Source: Marsupella aquatica (taxonomy: Eukaryota; Plantae; Marchantiophyta). Taken from it: a DNA stretch of 64,000 nucleotides. How positions within the stretch are numbered: the stretch's first letter is position 1; the number at the start of each line of letters is the position of its first letter. Of the stretch, positions 23,996-36,318 are shown piece by piece. The position numbers and the translations under genes are program-made. Under the pieces are notes generated by a model. That model worked only from the letters and a program-made list of their open reading frames with translations. It did no database searches and was not told the DNA's origin. Where the stretch lies: NCBI GenBank assembly GCA_973895155.1, contig OZ316894.1, positions 5,870,268 through 5,934,267 of the forward strand. The letters run 5' to 3'.

Positions 23996-25720
23996 AGGGG
24001 AAGCAGCCAACTGTCGAGCTAGCCACACTCGTAGGGTAGGGGAGGAAGCTAAGGAAGGAATAACTCTGCGCTGCAATACGGAGGAGGCCAGCTTTTGGCA
24101 CAGCAAAGGAGGTGCTAGCCAACTACCGATAGAGGAGCAGGACGAAAGTCTGAAGAAATAATATGCCCCAAGAATGATCCGTATTTGCATGCGTACAGAA
24201 GATTCGAAAGGACCTCGGCAGTACCGACCGGGCAACCAGTTGTATCCCAGGACTAAAGGAGATCGAGCAAGGAATGATGCAACAACGGTCTGCAGGCTTC
24301 GGCAGAGGTTTATTCCACTGCAATTCTCTCCACTGTGCACAGAAGCCCCGACTGAAGCATGATCGACTATTGATCAATTACTCGTGCTTTCAGAACAGAA
24401 CATAACACAACCTCGATCATTCAACAAAATTTCAAATTCTGTCCGAGCGAGGGCCGTTCTACAGGGCGAGGCCGAGGAGAGGCGAGGACCGTTGTGCGGC
24501 AGGTTCAAGAGAATCATTTAAATCTCTCTCGCTCACAGTAAACTGCCAGGACTGAAGAATGGACGAAAAAACTTAGAAGCCAAGCACTGTTACTCATGGA
24601 GTGATGACTGACAGCACCAGCAACTGTCGTGTCGCTGCTCAGGTTTTGACCTCGATCGTTGTTCAATTGGCCCGCCCGGTTGATAAGCTAGAATCGAGTA
24701 TTCACGACTCTTTGAAGCCAGGTTACTGTAGCCAGGCGACGCACACTGTTGCGTTGGTGTCCCCCAATAGCAGGGCAGGCGGACCTGAGAAGCAAGCTGA
24801 ATCGACGAATCTACGGACGTCCGGATATATAAAAATATATGCCACTCAGAAGAGTCTTCCGAACGGTTGGAATGAATGATCAGAATTTTGTCAAATTGAT
24901 CACCACCAGACGGCAACTAAACTAATTAGAATCCATGATCCCAAAGAGACCATGAGCTACAGTGCGTTGCTAGCGTCAAGGCAGTGGCCGCCAGCCCGAT
25001 TCGAATCCGGCGCTTAGTGCGAGTGTGAACGCTGCAACTGCCCTAACTTCTGTGATCATTCCATAGCTTTTTCTATAATCATAACCACTACTCCTACTAC
25101 GACTTTCTCATCGGTTCGTTTTTGCCGCATCCTGCGGCATCCACTGACCCATTCGCGCCATGGCAGATCCTCTTAATTTGCAGGCACTTCTGTTTCCATC
25201 TCAAACCACCATTCTGAAAGAGAATCAAATTTTATAAATCAGGGAAAAACAAAGTACATCGTTCGTTCTTTTCTCAGCGCGTTTTGATTCAAATTTAGAC
25301 AAACGACAAGACGATCTCGTTGGTGTCCAAAGAATGCTTGGTGAGCTGCATGAGGCATCGTTCAGCATTCGGCAAATTGCTAAATTGCTAGACTGGGTCG
25401 CATGTCGAAGGTAAATCGAAACAGCTGACGACGAGCTGATGGAGTGAGGGGGGGGGGGGATTCGTGGCACGCTTTCGCACATCCAACAGACCCAATCAAA
25501 TATTTACGTTATTAATAAACGCTCCCAGTCTGCGTCTGGAGATCGGGAGACTGAGGGGACAATTTTGGATTTTGCAGAGAGGGCCATTTGTTATTTTGTT
25601 GGGAGTCTCTTCAGTTAACGTTTCCAGAATATAGTTGTAGGATAGGATTAGAGATTTAGAGCTCGACCGTAGAAATGATGCCGTGATGTGTCGCCGGCCG
25701 GGCGGGACGGGATGCTTGCC

Positions 25721-25813
25721 TCACGGGAGGGAATCCCACCGTTGGGACCTTTCCGTCCGGTAGCAGCTTCCGGCTGGGCGTCGCGTACGGGTACGTGTTT
25801 TCCCCTCCCGTGA
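25721..25813. other. GC/CpG-rich sequence able to fold into a four-way junction (candidate structured RNA or tiny TIR element)
   Basis: Perfect 11-bp outer stem TCACGGGAGGG/CCCTCCCGTGA enclosing three hairpins. Confidence 0.35.
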
Positions 25814-25982
25814 AACTTTAAGAATTGCCTTTTTTATTAATTCCGTAAATGCAAGTTGAAGCAATGAAGCCGCTTCGAGTGAGAGCGATAACTACAGTAG
25901 CGTTTGATTACCGGTTACTCTATCCTCTATTAGGACAAAAAGGGACTTTGCACAACCAGAAAAGTGATTTATTTCCTGTTCA

Positions 25983-26250
25983 TTTTTGGCCCATCCAGTT
26001 TTTTTGGTCGCACCCTCATTTGATGCCTTTAGATAGTATAGAGTCATGGTCTAGGGTTTGCGGATTTTTGGCCCCATCCAGTTTTTTTGGTCGCACCCTC
26101 ATTTGATGCCTTTAGATAGTATAGAGTCATGGTCTAGGGTTTGCGGATTTTTGGCACCATCCAGTTTTTTTGGTCGCACCCTCACTTGATGCCTTTAGAT
26201 AGAGTCATGGTCTAGAGTTTGCGTGGCACCCTCACTTGATGCTTTTAGTT
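25983..26250. repeat. ~83-bp tandem repeat, ~3 copies plus decayed partial copies
   Basis: CATCCAGTTTTTTTGGTCGCACCCTCAYTTGATGCCTTTAGATAG...GAGTCATGGTCTAG recurs at ~25992, ~26074 and ~26158. Confidence 0.9.
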
Positions 26251-28720
26251 AGAGACTTCCCTCTAGATAATAGGCCCAAGAAATAGCATTTGCCTATTGT
26301 TGTTTTCATCGCATACTCATTTTCAATGATGCCCTTAGTTAGAGTCACGGCCTAGAGTAGTGGGACAAACCTAATTACCGGTTCCCTGAATATATATAGA
26401 TGAGACAAAAAAAAATACTGCAAAACAAAATTCCTTGTTTCTTCCGGCTCATCTCTGTGCCCGCCCCACCCTGTTTTCCTTAGGCACTTTAAGCAATCCC
26501 CTTAGTCATGGTCTAGAGTCTTCACTCTAGACAATAGGCCTCACTAGATTTTAATTTGCAATGATATAATTACTAGCCTCATTACCCAATCCTAGAACAT
26601 GTATAGAGCTGAATGCAAAAACTTCAACCTTGCAAACAAAAAGAGATTATTTACTATTTCCCATCAACTTTGCCCCATCCCTGTCTTTAAATTATGGTAG
26701 TTTAAATATGGTTTGAAATTATGGTAGTTTAATTGCTGAAAGTTTCTTTTTCTTCTTTTTGATTATCAGCCCCATGCACCCTCCTCACCCCCTCCCCCAA
26801 TGCTCTCTCCCTCACTTGCTCTTTTACCGCCTCCATGGGTGCCATTAGCCTTGCTGTCCATGATTTGCCATTTTCCCTCTATGCCTCACCTCACCATTTA
26901 TGCCTTGCCCTTGCCTTTTGTGCCTTTGCCTCAATCACCATCCATGCCTCATCCATTGTTCCTCCCTCTTGCTAATTGACAAGGCAAGGGTATTGGCTAC
27001 GGCCTTCTTCATTAAATTCAACTTTATTATACTAGTTGGAAGTAATCAGTGGACCCCCATGTTCATCCAAGGAATGTGTGTGTGATGAAGTGAAATCAAT
27101 TTTCAGCAAGGCAGTAACCAATGGTTTTGAGTCACCTGGTGGTCTTGGTGTGTGTTGGTGCAAACGAGAATGCTCAAAAGATAGAGGAGATCGAGGTTGA
27201 GATGATCTCCCTGGTTTATCGAACGCAAGGTTGAATGTGGAAGAATTGACAGAGTTTTTTGATAGTTTTTGCTTACACATTGGAGAAATCATCTTTCTAC
27301 CATTTCTATTGATCATTTGTGAGTTATGTTGAGCATTATCACCACAAGATAGACTGGAGGACAACACTCAGCTGTTGGCAAAAGAGCGTTTGTCGTATCG
27401 GTGGGAAGAACGCACAAAATGGACAAGCCATCACTTCACATGAAGGTTTTGTAGTTTTTTATTTAAGAAAGCTATGGTGTGAGGGGGAGACCAGCGATTG
27501 TGTCTTTGACATAGAGGTTGCACTTGGAGTTAGCCTGTGTTCAGAGTGGCTTCAATTGAAGACTGGAGGGATGCAAACAATTCAAGTCAGGAAACAAGCG
27601 TTGCAGACAAGCGATGGCGACATAATCAAATAAATCAATTTGTAGCAGCTAAGTTTGTGACGGTGATGAGATTGTTACATCTTTTAATCAAGGGTTTCCA
27701 AATGAGTTTTTGAATTTCTCTGCCTTTTAAATGAGTTTGACAATAATAAATTTTGATAATGAGTGCATGAATTCTTTTAGCTTTTCAACATTGACAAATT
27801 TCATGTCAGATTTTGTCACGGTACTAAAGAGATCATGAAGTTTTCAATCACTCTAGTTTCTAATGTGTCACATTGGGAATATTCGTCAAGAATTAGAGAG
27901 ATCATATACTAAGGAGATGATGAGTTTCTAATTTCACTCTAGCTTTCCTATGAGTGTGACATTGAGATATTTAATCAAGAGAGTACTAAAGAGGTCATGA
28001 GTTTCTAAATCTTGATCTTGAGCTTTCTAATGAATCAATCATTGACAGATTTCATCAAGTACTAAGGAGATGGATTATTTAGTTTTACAATTTGGAGCCA
28101 AAGGGGTTCACACTATGTACATTTCTAAGGATCGGATTGGTTTTTCAAACTTGCAAACAATTATAAAATACAAGCATCAAGCCTTTCTCAAATAATACAT
28201 TATGTCACAATGAGAGCAAAAAGTGGCAAGAAACAAGACCCCCATCTTTAAAATTCAAAGTCCTCTCAAATTTTCAATTCTCAACAAAGGTTGACAATAT
28301 TAGACTAGCTGGAGAGCCTTTTTCCAAGCCTTGTCTAATAGTCCCCCAAAACTGATCTGATTGAATATAAAGGAACAATTCAAGAGGGAAATTTATTAGG
28401 GAAAGCGTTTAGAAACAGAATCTGTGAACTCAGGGGGGATCCAAATAACCTCCTTTGTAGGAAAAGTAAGTTTTGTACACAAAGTTGATGTCACCCAGCT
28501 TCATATGCCTGATTTGATACTGTGAAACCCTGGAAAGTTAGAATCCTATCCTATCTAGAAGCTTGGAATTAATGGAAACCCATCTGAGCTTTTATTAGTC
28601 ATCTCTCAATGAAAACCAACACTACCAAAAATTAGTCGGAATGGAACACAATGTTTGATAAGCAACTTACAGTATGGACAACCCAGATAGACCATTTCAA
28701 ACGTCAAATAAGCTTGAATG

Positions 28721-29013
28721 TGTTAGAGATATTCAATTAGTATCTTTATCAAGTTCTTACTTACTAATCTAGTTCATATCCATGTACTTAGATCACATTG
28801 GACAATATACTTATGATCTTCAACTGAAGAGACATATACTCTAGGGTCGCTCTCCAAGTGACATGTTGAAGAGACACCTGATAGTGATGAATGTCGATTG
28901 ACATCTAGTCTGATCTATTTAGTCGAGAGAGATTTTTGACTCGGATTGTATTCATTTCATTTCAATACATTTGTTATTTGTTGAGTGTATTTCATTTCTC
29001 TCTAAATCCCACA
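28721..29013 (+). repeat. 5' LTR of the copia element (293 bp)
   Basis: TGTTAGAG...TCCCACA, followed directly by the PBS. Confidence 0.95.
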
Positions 29014-31587
29014 TGGTATCAGAGCCTTCTGATAAAAATTTCTCTGATTAAGCAAAATTGAGAAGTTGACGGATGCCTCAACCTTCTCATAGTAGATAGG
29101 GACGCCTTCTACTCCTTTTCTCAAATCAGTCAAATCAATTTTATTGTTTAATTTTGCTACATCATTTATATGATGTCTGCTCTTTATATGATGTCTGCTC
29201 TTACGGCTGCTTCCGTTTTGAAAATTTTGGATTACAAGCAATTTGACGGTACAGGCTGTGCAATGTGGCATCAACGAATGATGGGGATTACAAGCAATTT
29301 GACGGTACACCTTATAAAATCCTGTCAATTGTTGATGGAACAAAAGTTAAGCCCACTCAACCTTTGGTTGGTCCCAACACTGTAGAAGAATGAGACAATG
29401 ATAATGCAATAGCCCTAGCGTTTCTCCAGCACAGCATAGGAGATTCCCGATTTAATCATATTAGTGGTCTTACTACTGCTGCAGAAGCTTGGAAGAAATT
29501 ATCGGACTTGTATGAAGATTTGTTACATATGATGTAGATAAAGGAAAATGACAGTCTAACAAAACATATTCACAGTTTTGAAACTATAGTTGATCAATTG
29601 ACTACATCAGGCTGTTCTCACTGACAAAAGCCAACGTCTAAGTCTGTTACATAGCCTTCCCTTTTCCTATAAATATTTTGTGTCATCTTTAAGGGCTCAA
29701 CCTCTCTCACAAGCTGTGGTCCTTCTCTTACAAGAAGAGATTGCACTCAAGTCTACACAAGAACCAGAAGCCACATCCACTGCTCTTTATGCAGGTAAAA
29801 ATGTTTCTAAAGGCAAACATCATCAGTCTGGTCAGTGCAGACCACCTCAATGTTCTAGTGGCAACTCTCATTTTCCACCTAGAAATATGTGCACTTTTCT
29901 ACTGATTGGGCTAGTACTTCAAATTCCCAAGCCACTTCCTCAACATTTAGCCAGAAAAATCCTTATAAGAATATGCGTTGTTTTTGTTGCAATCTAAAAG
30001 ACCATCATGTCAAGGATTGCCGCAAACGGCTTGCTGCTGAAGCTTCTACATAGCGACTACGAAGTGATCAATACAGTCCTTCCAATAACTCAACACAATT
30101 ATGTACTGCTGTTGCTTATACATCAATGCATTTTCCTTCCCAAGATAATACTTGGTATTTAGACATTGGTGCTACACACCACATGGCCCATAATGTTGCT
30201 TATTTCACGTCATATAAGACACATGCTTCTCCAGAATTTGTGTATCTAGGAGATAATTCAAAGCAACCTATGCATATATGTGGAGATGTATCCAAGGCAT
30301 CCTTCTAAGTGAAAGACATACACGGGTCAATTTCTAATGTTCTCCACATCCTTGGCCTGACTAAAAATTTATTCTCCATCAAGCAGTTAGATACTGGTGG
30401 TGGATATGCACACATTTCACAAGGCAAGTGCACTCTTAGTAATTGTAAGGGTGATCACATCACTACTGTCTTGCTCATTGCAGCATGATCTATATAAATT
30501 GGGACAAGCAGTGCTTCCTAATCCTTACTATTGTTGTCATTCCAATCATCCATAGCAGAGATTTTGAGTTGTGGCACAGCCGTCTTGGTCATGTAAGCTC
30601 ATCCCTCAGCTCATCCCATATTCTGCAACTACAAAAGCATAATATCTTCAACTACTTGCACGACATGCATCTATGGCAAACAGTCAAGGTGCTCTTTTCC
30701 AACTGTTGATGTTAAACGTGCTTCTCACATGCTTGGACTGATCCACTCCAACATTTGTGGCCCCATCACTCCTTTTACTAATTCAGGTTAGATATATGTC
30801 ATCTCATTTATTGATGTTTTTTGAGATATTCTACAATGTACATAATACAACAAAATCCAAGGCTTTAGAGTGTTGTAAGTAGTTCTCACTTCTTGTTGAG
30901 AATCAACATTCTCCTCATAATGGTGGAGAATATATATCAACTGAATTGCTTTCAATTGCTTTTGTAATTCAATTATGAAGCCATCAAGCAACAATTAACT
31001 ATTCCTTACACTCCACAACAGAATGGTGTTGCGGAACGTAAAAATTGCACTCTCGTCAATGCTATTCTGTCAATGTCTTATGAGTCCCAACTCCCAAAAT
31101 TATGTTGGGGAGAGGCACTGATCAGTGCTAACTACATTCAAAATTGCCTTCCAACTAAATCTTCCCATGACCAAACCCCTTATGCACTTTGTTTTGGCAA
31201 GAAACCAGATATTAGTTATTTCAAAGTCTTTGGCATTGCTGCACTTGCTCACATTGACAATCCTCAGCGTCGCAAACTTGATTTTTGCACATAAGAATGC
31301 ATCTTTCTTGGCTACAGTGAACAATCCAAGGCATTCATTTGTGTTTAGAGAGAAAGCATGATTGCAAGATCATATTATCTCGCGATGCTATTGAAGATCG
31401 CCGACCCTCACTTCCTTCCTTAGTACTGGCAGTTTCCATTACTGAAGACGATGAACTAATTAATTCTACGATCTGATCCTAAGTTTTTCCTGTTTCTTTT
31501 AAGGAAGGGATAAATCCTGAACATTCCAACCATTCCTCCTAATATTGCACCATCACTTATTCCATTTTCTTTAGGGAGAGCTATTTC

Positions 31588-31916
31588 CTCGGGGGGGGTC
31601 ACTATATGGAGGGCCATACATCGCGTGCGACGTTTTAGGGTTTGACCCCCCTAACTTATAAGTGAATTTTTTTTTTTTGCAAAGCCCTTTCTTTCTTTAA
31701 ATTTTGTCATTTTTTATTAAAAAACCCCTAAAAACTTTAAAGAAAATATTTTTTGCAATTAAATAGGCCTATGTGTTCTTTAAAGTCGACCAGTCAATAA
31801 AACATGCCCTATGTGTTCTTCCACCAAACTTTGGAAGTCTTCCGCCACACCCATTTAAATGGGCCTATACTTCGTCGCACGTGATGTGCCACTTCCATGG
31901 AAGTGACCCCCCTGAG
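31588..31916. mobile_element. MITE (329 bp) nested in the copia element, 8-bp TSD GCTATTTC
   Basis: Ends CTCGGGGGGGGTCACTATATGGA and TCCATGGAAGTGACCCCCCTGAG; subterminal inverted CATCGCGTGCGACG/CGTCGCACGTGATG; TSD at 31580-31587 and 31917-31924. Confidence 0.9.
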
Positions 31917-33009
31917 GCTATTTCTAGTGTTCACAACATACCTCCTTCTCCATCAAGCGTCGCTACTTAATTCAGTGGGAGTTCATTCTGGTGTTCAGCA
32001 AGTATCACCTTATTCACCAGTCAGATAGTATTACTACTCCTCATCATTCCCCAATTGCTATCTGTTCTCCATCTTCTAGCTCATATTCCATTTTCTTCTT
32101 CATCAAGCTCACCTGGTTTGGCTCCACTTCATCAAAGTGGTTGCGTCACCAAACAGGTAGAGAATATGATTCTATTATAATTTATTGAACAAGCTACTGA
32201 TCAAGCACTAGCTAAAGCAAAGAAGGCTTCACAAGAGGCTGATAAGAAGCAATTATGGGTACTTCTTACACCATTGGAGACTCTTCCTGAACCCAAGACA
32301 TATTGACAAGCTATGACTGGACCTGACGCTTCACATTGGAAAGATGCCATTTCAGTTGAGTTACAGAACATGGCCAGAATGCAAGCATGGAAGTTGGTAC
32401 CTTTACCACGTGATCTTAGCACTGTTGGCTGTAGATGGGTTTTTATAATTAAACCCACTTATGATGGCCACATTCACAAATATAAAGCTTGTTTGGTTGC
32501 TAAGGGTTTTACTCAAATTCCTGGAATTAATTATACTGACACTTTTTCTCCAACAGTTCGCCTTCAATCTTTGCGCACTTTATTTGCACTAGCTGTTCAG
32601 TTCAATCTGACTATACATCAATTAGATGTGATTGCTGCTTTTCTCTATGGTAAACTTTATCAAGAGATCTACATGGACCTTCCTCTTGGTTTGGAAGTTT
32701 CTGATCCATCATTAGTCTGCCTTTTAGATCGCTATATATATATGGTTTGAAACAGTCCGCTTTAAAGTGGTATGAAAGATTCCACTATGCTTTACTAAAT
32801 ATTAGTTTCATTAGTTCTATTGCTGATAACAATATTTACACTCTCAGGCACGGATCTGCTTTCATTATTCTTGCTCTTTATGTTGACGACACCATTCTAG
32901 CTAGTTCTAGTGATTCTTTACTTCAAGAAATCAAAATTCTCTTGAGTAAAGAATTTGACATGATAGATCTTGGTCTTGCTTATCATATACTTGGTATGCA
33001 CCTTCAACG

Positions 33010-33289
33010 CTCGGGGGTTTCACTTCCACAAAAATGGCAAATTATGTGCAATGAAGGATAGGGTTATTTTATTGGTTTAAAGGGAAGACTTAAGAATTTT
33101 CTCAGAAGAACAATAGGGTCTTTTAAATCCAATTTTAAGACTTATAAGAACATTAGGGTCTTTCTAACCAAAATTTGAGAATATTCCAACTTTATAGGGG
33201 TTGAATTTTTTTTCTTACATTTTAGGGGGTCTGAGGCCTAAAAACGTCGTAGGTGATGGGGGAGACATCCATATAGTGAGACCCCCGAG
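33010..33289. mobile_element. MITE (280 bp) nested in copia reverse transcriptase, 8-bp TSD CTTCAACG
   Basis: Ends CTCGGGGGTTTCAC and GTGAGACCCCCGAG; TSD at 33002-33009 and 33290-33297; removing the element and one TSD restores RT frame GMHLQRDRTQGWLHITQTTYILNKLQEFHM. Confidence 0.92.
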
Positions 33290-34149
33290 CTTCAACGTGA
33301 CAGAACTCAAGGGTGGCTCCACATTACTCAAACTACGTATATCCTCAACAAGCTTCAAGAGTTTCATATGCTTGACTATAAACCTATATATCCACACCTT
33401 ACGAATTTGGTATGCAGTTAACACAAGATCAATCACCTTCTACACCTGAGGAAATTGCAGCTATGCAGGTCATTCCATATCAGATTGCAGTAGGTAGTTT
33501 GATGTGGCTCATGATTGTTTCACATCCTGATATATCTTATTGAGTTAGCACTGTAGCTCAATTCATGTGTAATCCCGGTCCTCAACATTGGATTGCTGTT
33601 AAGAGAATTTTTTGCTATTTACAAGCAACTAAACATTTATGTCTACAATACACCAGTCTGGACAACCTTTTCAGCTTCAAGGATACTCTGATTCATCTTA
33701 TGGTGATGACTATGATTCTTGTAAATCAACTGGTGGATATTGTTTTCTACTTGCTGGTTATGCTATTAGTTGGACCAGTAATTATATGGCACTCTATAAA
33801 GCTAGTACAGAAGCTATTTGGCTTTGACAATTATTATTTGATATTGGTTTTGCTCAACAAACCACTTCTATCTTCTGCGACAATAACAGTGTCATTACAC
33901 TTGTTTACACCTCCAAACATCATGAAAGATCCAAACATATTGATATACAGTTTCATTATTAAAGATCAAGTTCTTAGTGGAGATGTTAACATTACCTATA
34001 TATGTTCCTACACAAGACATGACAGCTAATATCCTTACCAAAGGACTATGCACAGAACTTCATCAAAAAATACTGCCTCCTTAGGCTTAATTGTTCATAT
34101 AGATTAGTTTCAATCAGATTAGTAACTTTGATTACTAATTGAGGGGGAG

Positions 34150-34449
34150 TGTTAGAGATATTCAATTAGTATCTTTATCAATTTCTTACTTACTAATGTA
34201 GTTCTTATCCATGTGCTTAAATCACATGATTGGACAATATGTACTTATGACTCTTCAACTGAAGAGACATATACTCTAGGGTCACTCTCCAAGTGACATG
34301 TTGAAGAGACACACCTGATAGTGATGAATGTCGATTGACATCTAGTCTGATCTATTTAGTCGAGAGAGAGTTTTGACTCGGATTGTATTCATTTCATTCA
34401 ATACATTTGTTATTTGTTGAGTGTATTTCATTTCTCTCTAAATCCCACA
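34150..34449 (+). repeat. 3' LTR of the copia element (300 bp)
   Basis: Preceded by the PPT; differs from the 5' LTR by about 7 substitutions and 5 small indels (hand count). Confidence 0.95.
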
Positions 34450-35558
34450 GAATGGGCCACAATGTTTGATAAACAATTTGTATATGGACCATTTTCAAAC
34501 AGCAAGGCTTTGAACTCAAAGAGTACTTATCTTGAATTTGTATGAATGGTGATGCTTGTGTCAAAATTTGTTAGGTCCAACATTGTGATCCATCCAAGCA
34601 TCATATCCTTCAGATGCCTGGGATCTCTGCCCATTCAAACTGTTCTTCAAACCTGGATGAGATCACTTATTCAAAATGCCCTTTCTAGGAAAATCAATCA
34701 TTTGGAAACTATATCAATTGAGTCAAAATATACATTTCCATGAATTATTCCCACTACACAAATACATTTGTCCTCTTTCCATGTCCAAGAAAAGAAAAAT
34801 TATTCTAGTGAACAGTTGTGTCGACTGGGTTTTCCGTTCAGGACTCTTCAACTGGCATGCCACATTGATTCGTAGTGCTGCTGCCAAATACGGACTAATT
34901 TTCTTGACAATTGAGTTTGTGAGCACAAGTCAAGTCCTATTTTGGTACTAATAGACATTGCGCAAATTCACCACATATGCTAAAATGCACTACACCCAAG
35001 ACGCAACAGTTGCACTGGTGCGGAAATCAAGGTAATGTAGTGGATCTTAGTTCTCACTAAGTGCAGAATGATCCACCAGGTACTAGTGAATCTTAGTTGA
35101 TGCATAGTACATGACACCCAAATATATTTGACATGTGCAATTTTGCCAGGTGTGTTGTGTGAGGTTTTCCTGCAAAATTGTATTCATTTCTCACAAAACA
35201 TAGTCTACAATATACATATATTGTATTCAGAGTGACCCGTTCCTGGAAATCCATTTATGATTGGTTGTACATGTTGTCTGCAGGCTGCTCCCCCATCCAC
35301 TCGCAGAGATTATCTATAAGTACCATAAGTGGATACATTGGGTATGTGCAGCAGGCTCGGGGTGGAGCCGTGGAGGGGTAACAGAGTCGTGTGGGGAGGC
35401 ACAGGGCAGGCGTTCAAACCTAGTGGGTGATCACAATGCCTTTCACACTAATCTCACCCAAAAGTGAGATTCAGATAGACATGTGTGACTCGTCCTGAAA
35501 CGACTTTTTGTTTTTGCAAGCAATATAAAGGCACAAACTGACAGTGGCTCGTATGAAC

Positions 35559-35659
35559 ATCATTAATGACATTCCAGGGAATAGTCCTGCTGAATTTTAT
35601 TGTGAGAATTCATCATTAATGACATTCCAAGGAATAGTCCTGCTGAATTTTATTGTGAG
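35559..35659. repeat. ~52-bp tandem duplication
   Basis: CATCATTAATGACATTCCARGGAATAGTCCTGCTGAATTTTATTGTGAG twice. Confidence 0.85.
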
Positions 35660-36127
35660 GAATTGGTTTCTTTGAGAATGTCCTCACCCTTGCCCTCACT
35701 CTGGATTGGCCTTGACGTCATATTTGGCCAACAAATTCTCAATTGAAATGTCAGCCATATAAGGTCCTTGCAGGTTTTGAAGAGTAACTTCCCTCATATA
35801 TGCTCTTGAAAATCTGCCACCCAAAGAGCTACCTTGGCCTCCCTGGTTTAGCCTCCAACCTGATCAACAATTGTGCCTAATTTGAAACATTTGACAAGTG
35901 CACTGCTATGGCTTTCCTTGCCAAGTTCCAAGCCAAAAGTTGTGGCTCAGTGGCTGTCTTCTCTTGCTCTGGTCCAGGTATGGATTGGGTCACACTCATG
36001 GAGTCAATTCATGTCTATCAGGAACAAGCTTGACGGCTCATGTTCCGAATTAGATGTTCTTTTCCCAGTACTATTGGGCATGAATCCAGGAACACATTTA
36101 GGCTGTGGGGTTGTTTTCCTATATACT

Positions 36128-36318
36128 TCAATTGGGTGGTCCTCAAATATCCCTTGTTTTCTTGGCAGCTTTGCATTGATTACCCTACCCCCCTTGCCAC
36201 CCCTACTCTGGGGTCGCTTTCCAATCCACCTCAATTGGGTGGTCCAAACATCCCCTGTTTCTTGGCGACTTTGCATTGATTATCATTCACCCCCTTGCCA
36301 CCTCTACGCTGGTTCTTG
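36128..36318. repeat. ~103-bp degenerate tandem duplication
   Basis: TCAATTGGGTGGTCC...CTTGGC..CTTTGCATTGATTA...CCCCTTGCCACC twice. Confidence 0.75.

Larger units (their letters stand above)
28721..34449 (+). mobile_element. Full-length, decayed Ty1/copia LTR retrotransposon
   Basis: 5' LTR 28721-29013 and 3' LTR 34150-34449 (TG...CA), 5-bp TSD GAATG (28716-28720, 34450-34454), PBS TGGTATCAGAGC (29014-29025, tRNA-iMet), PPT GAGGGGGAG (34141-34149). Domain order gag zinc knuckle (~29975-30025), protease WYLDIGATHHM, LWHSRLGH, integrase PYTPQQNGVAERKN, RT (YKACLVAKGFTQIPGINY, ALYVDD), RNase H (GYSDS); many stops and frameshifts. Confidence 0.97.

Noticed and set aside
25721-25813. tRNA gene
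   Set aside because: The closing stem is 11 bp, loop sizes are wrong, and there is no TTCRA T-loop or A/B box.
26980-27640. Possible decayed transposase
   Set aside because: No identifiable DDE or hAT-dimerisation motif in any frame I read.
29014-34149. Idea that the copia interior is too decayed for its LTR similarity (mobilised while already defective)
   Set aside because: About 7 substitutions and 5 indels between ~300-bp LTRs predicts dozens of lesions over 5 kb, enough to explain the decay.
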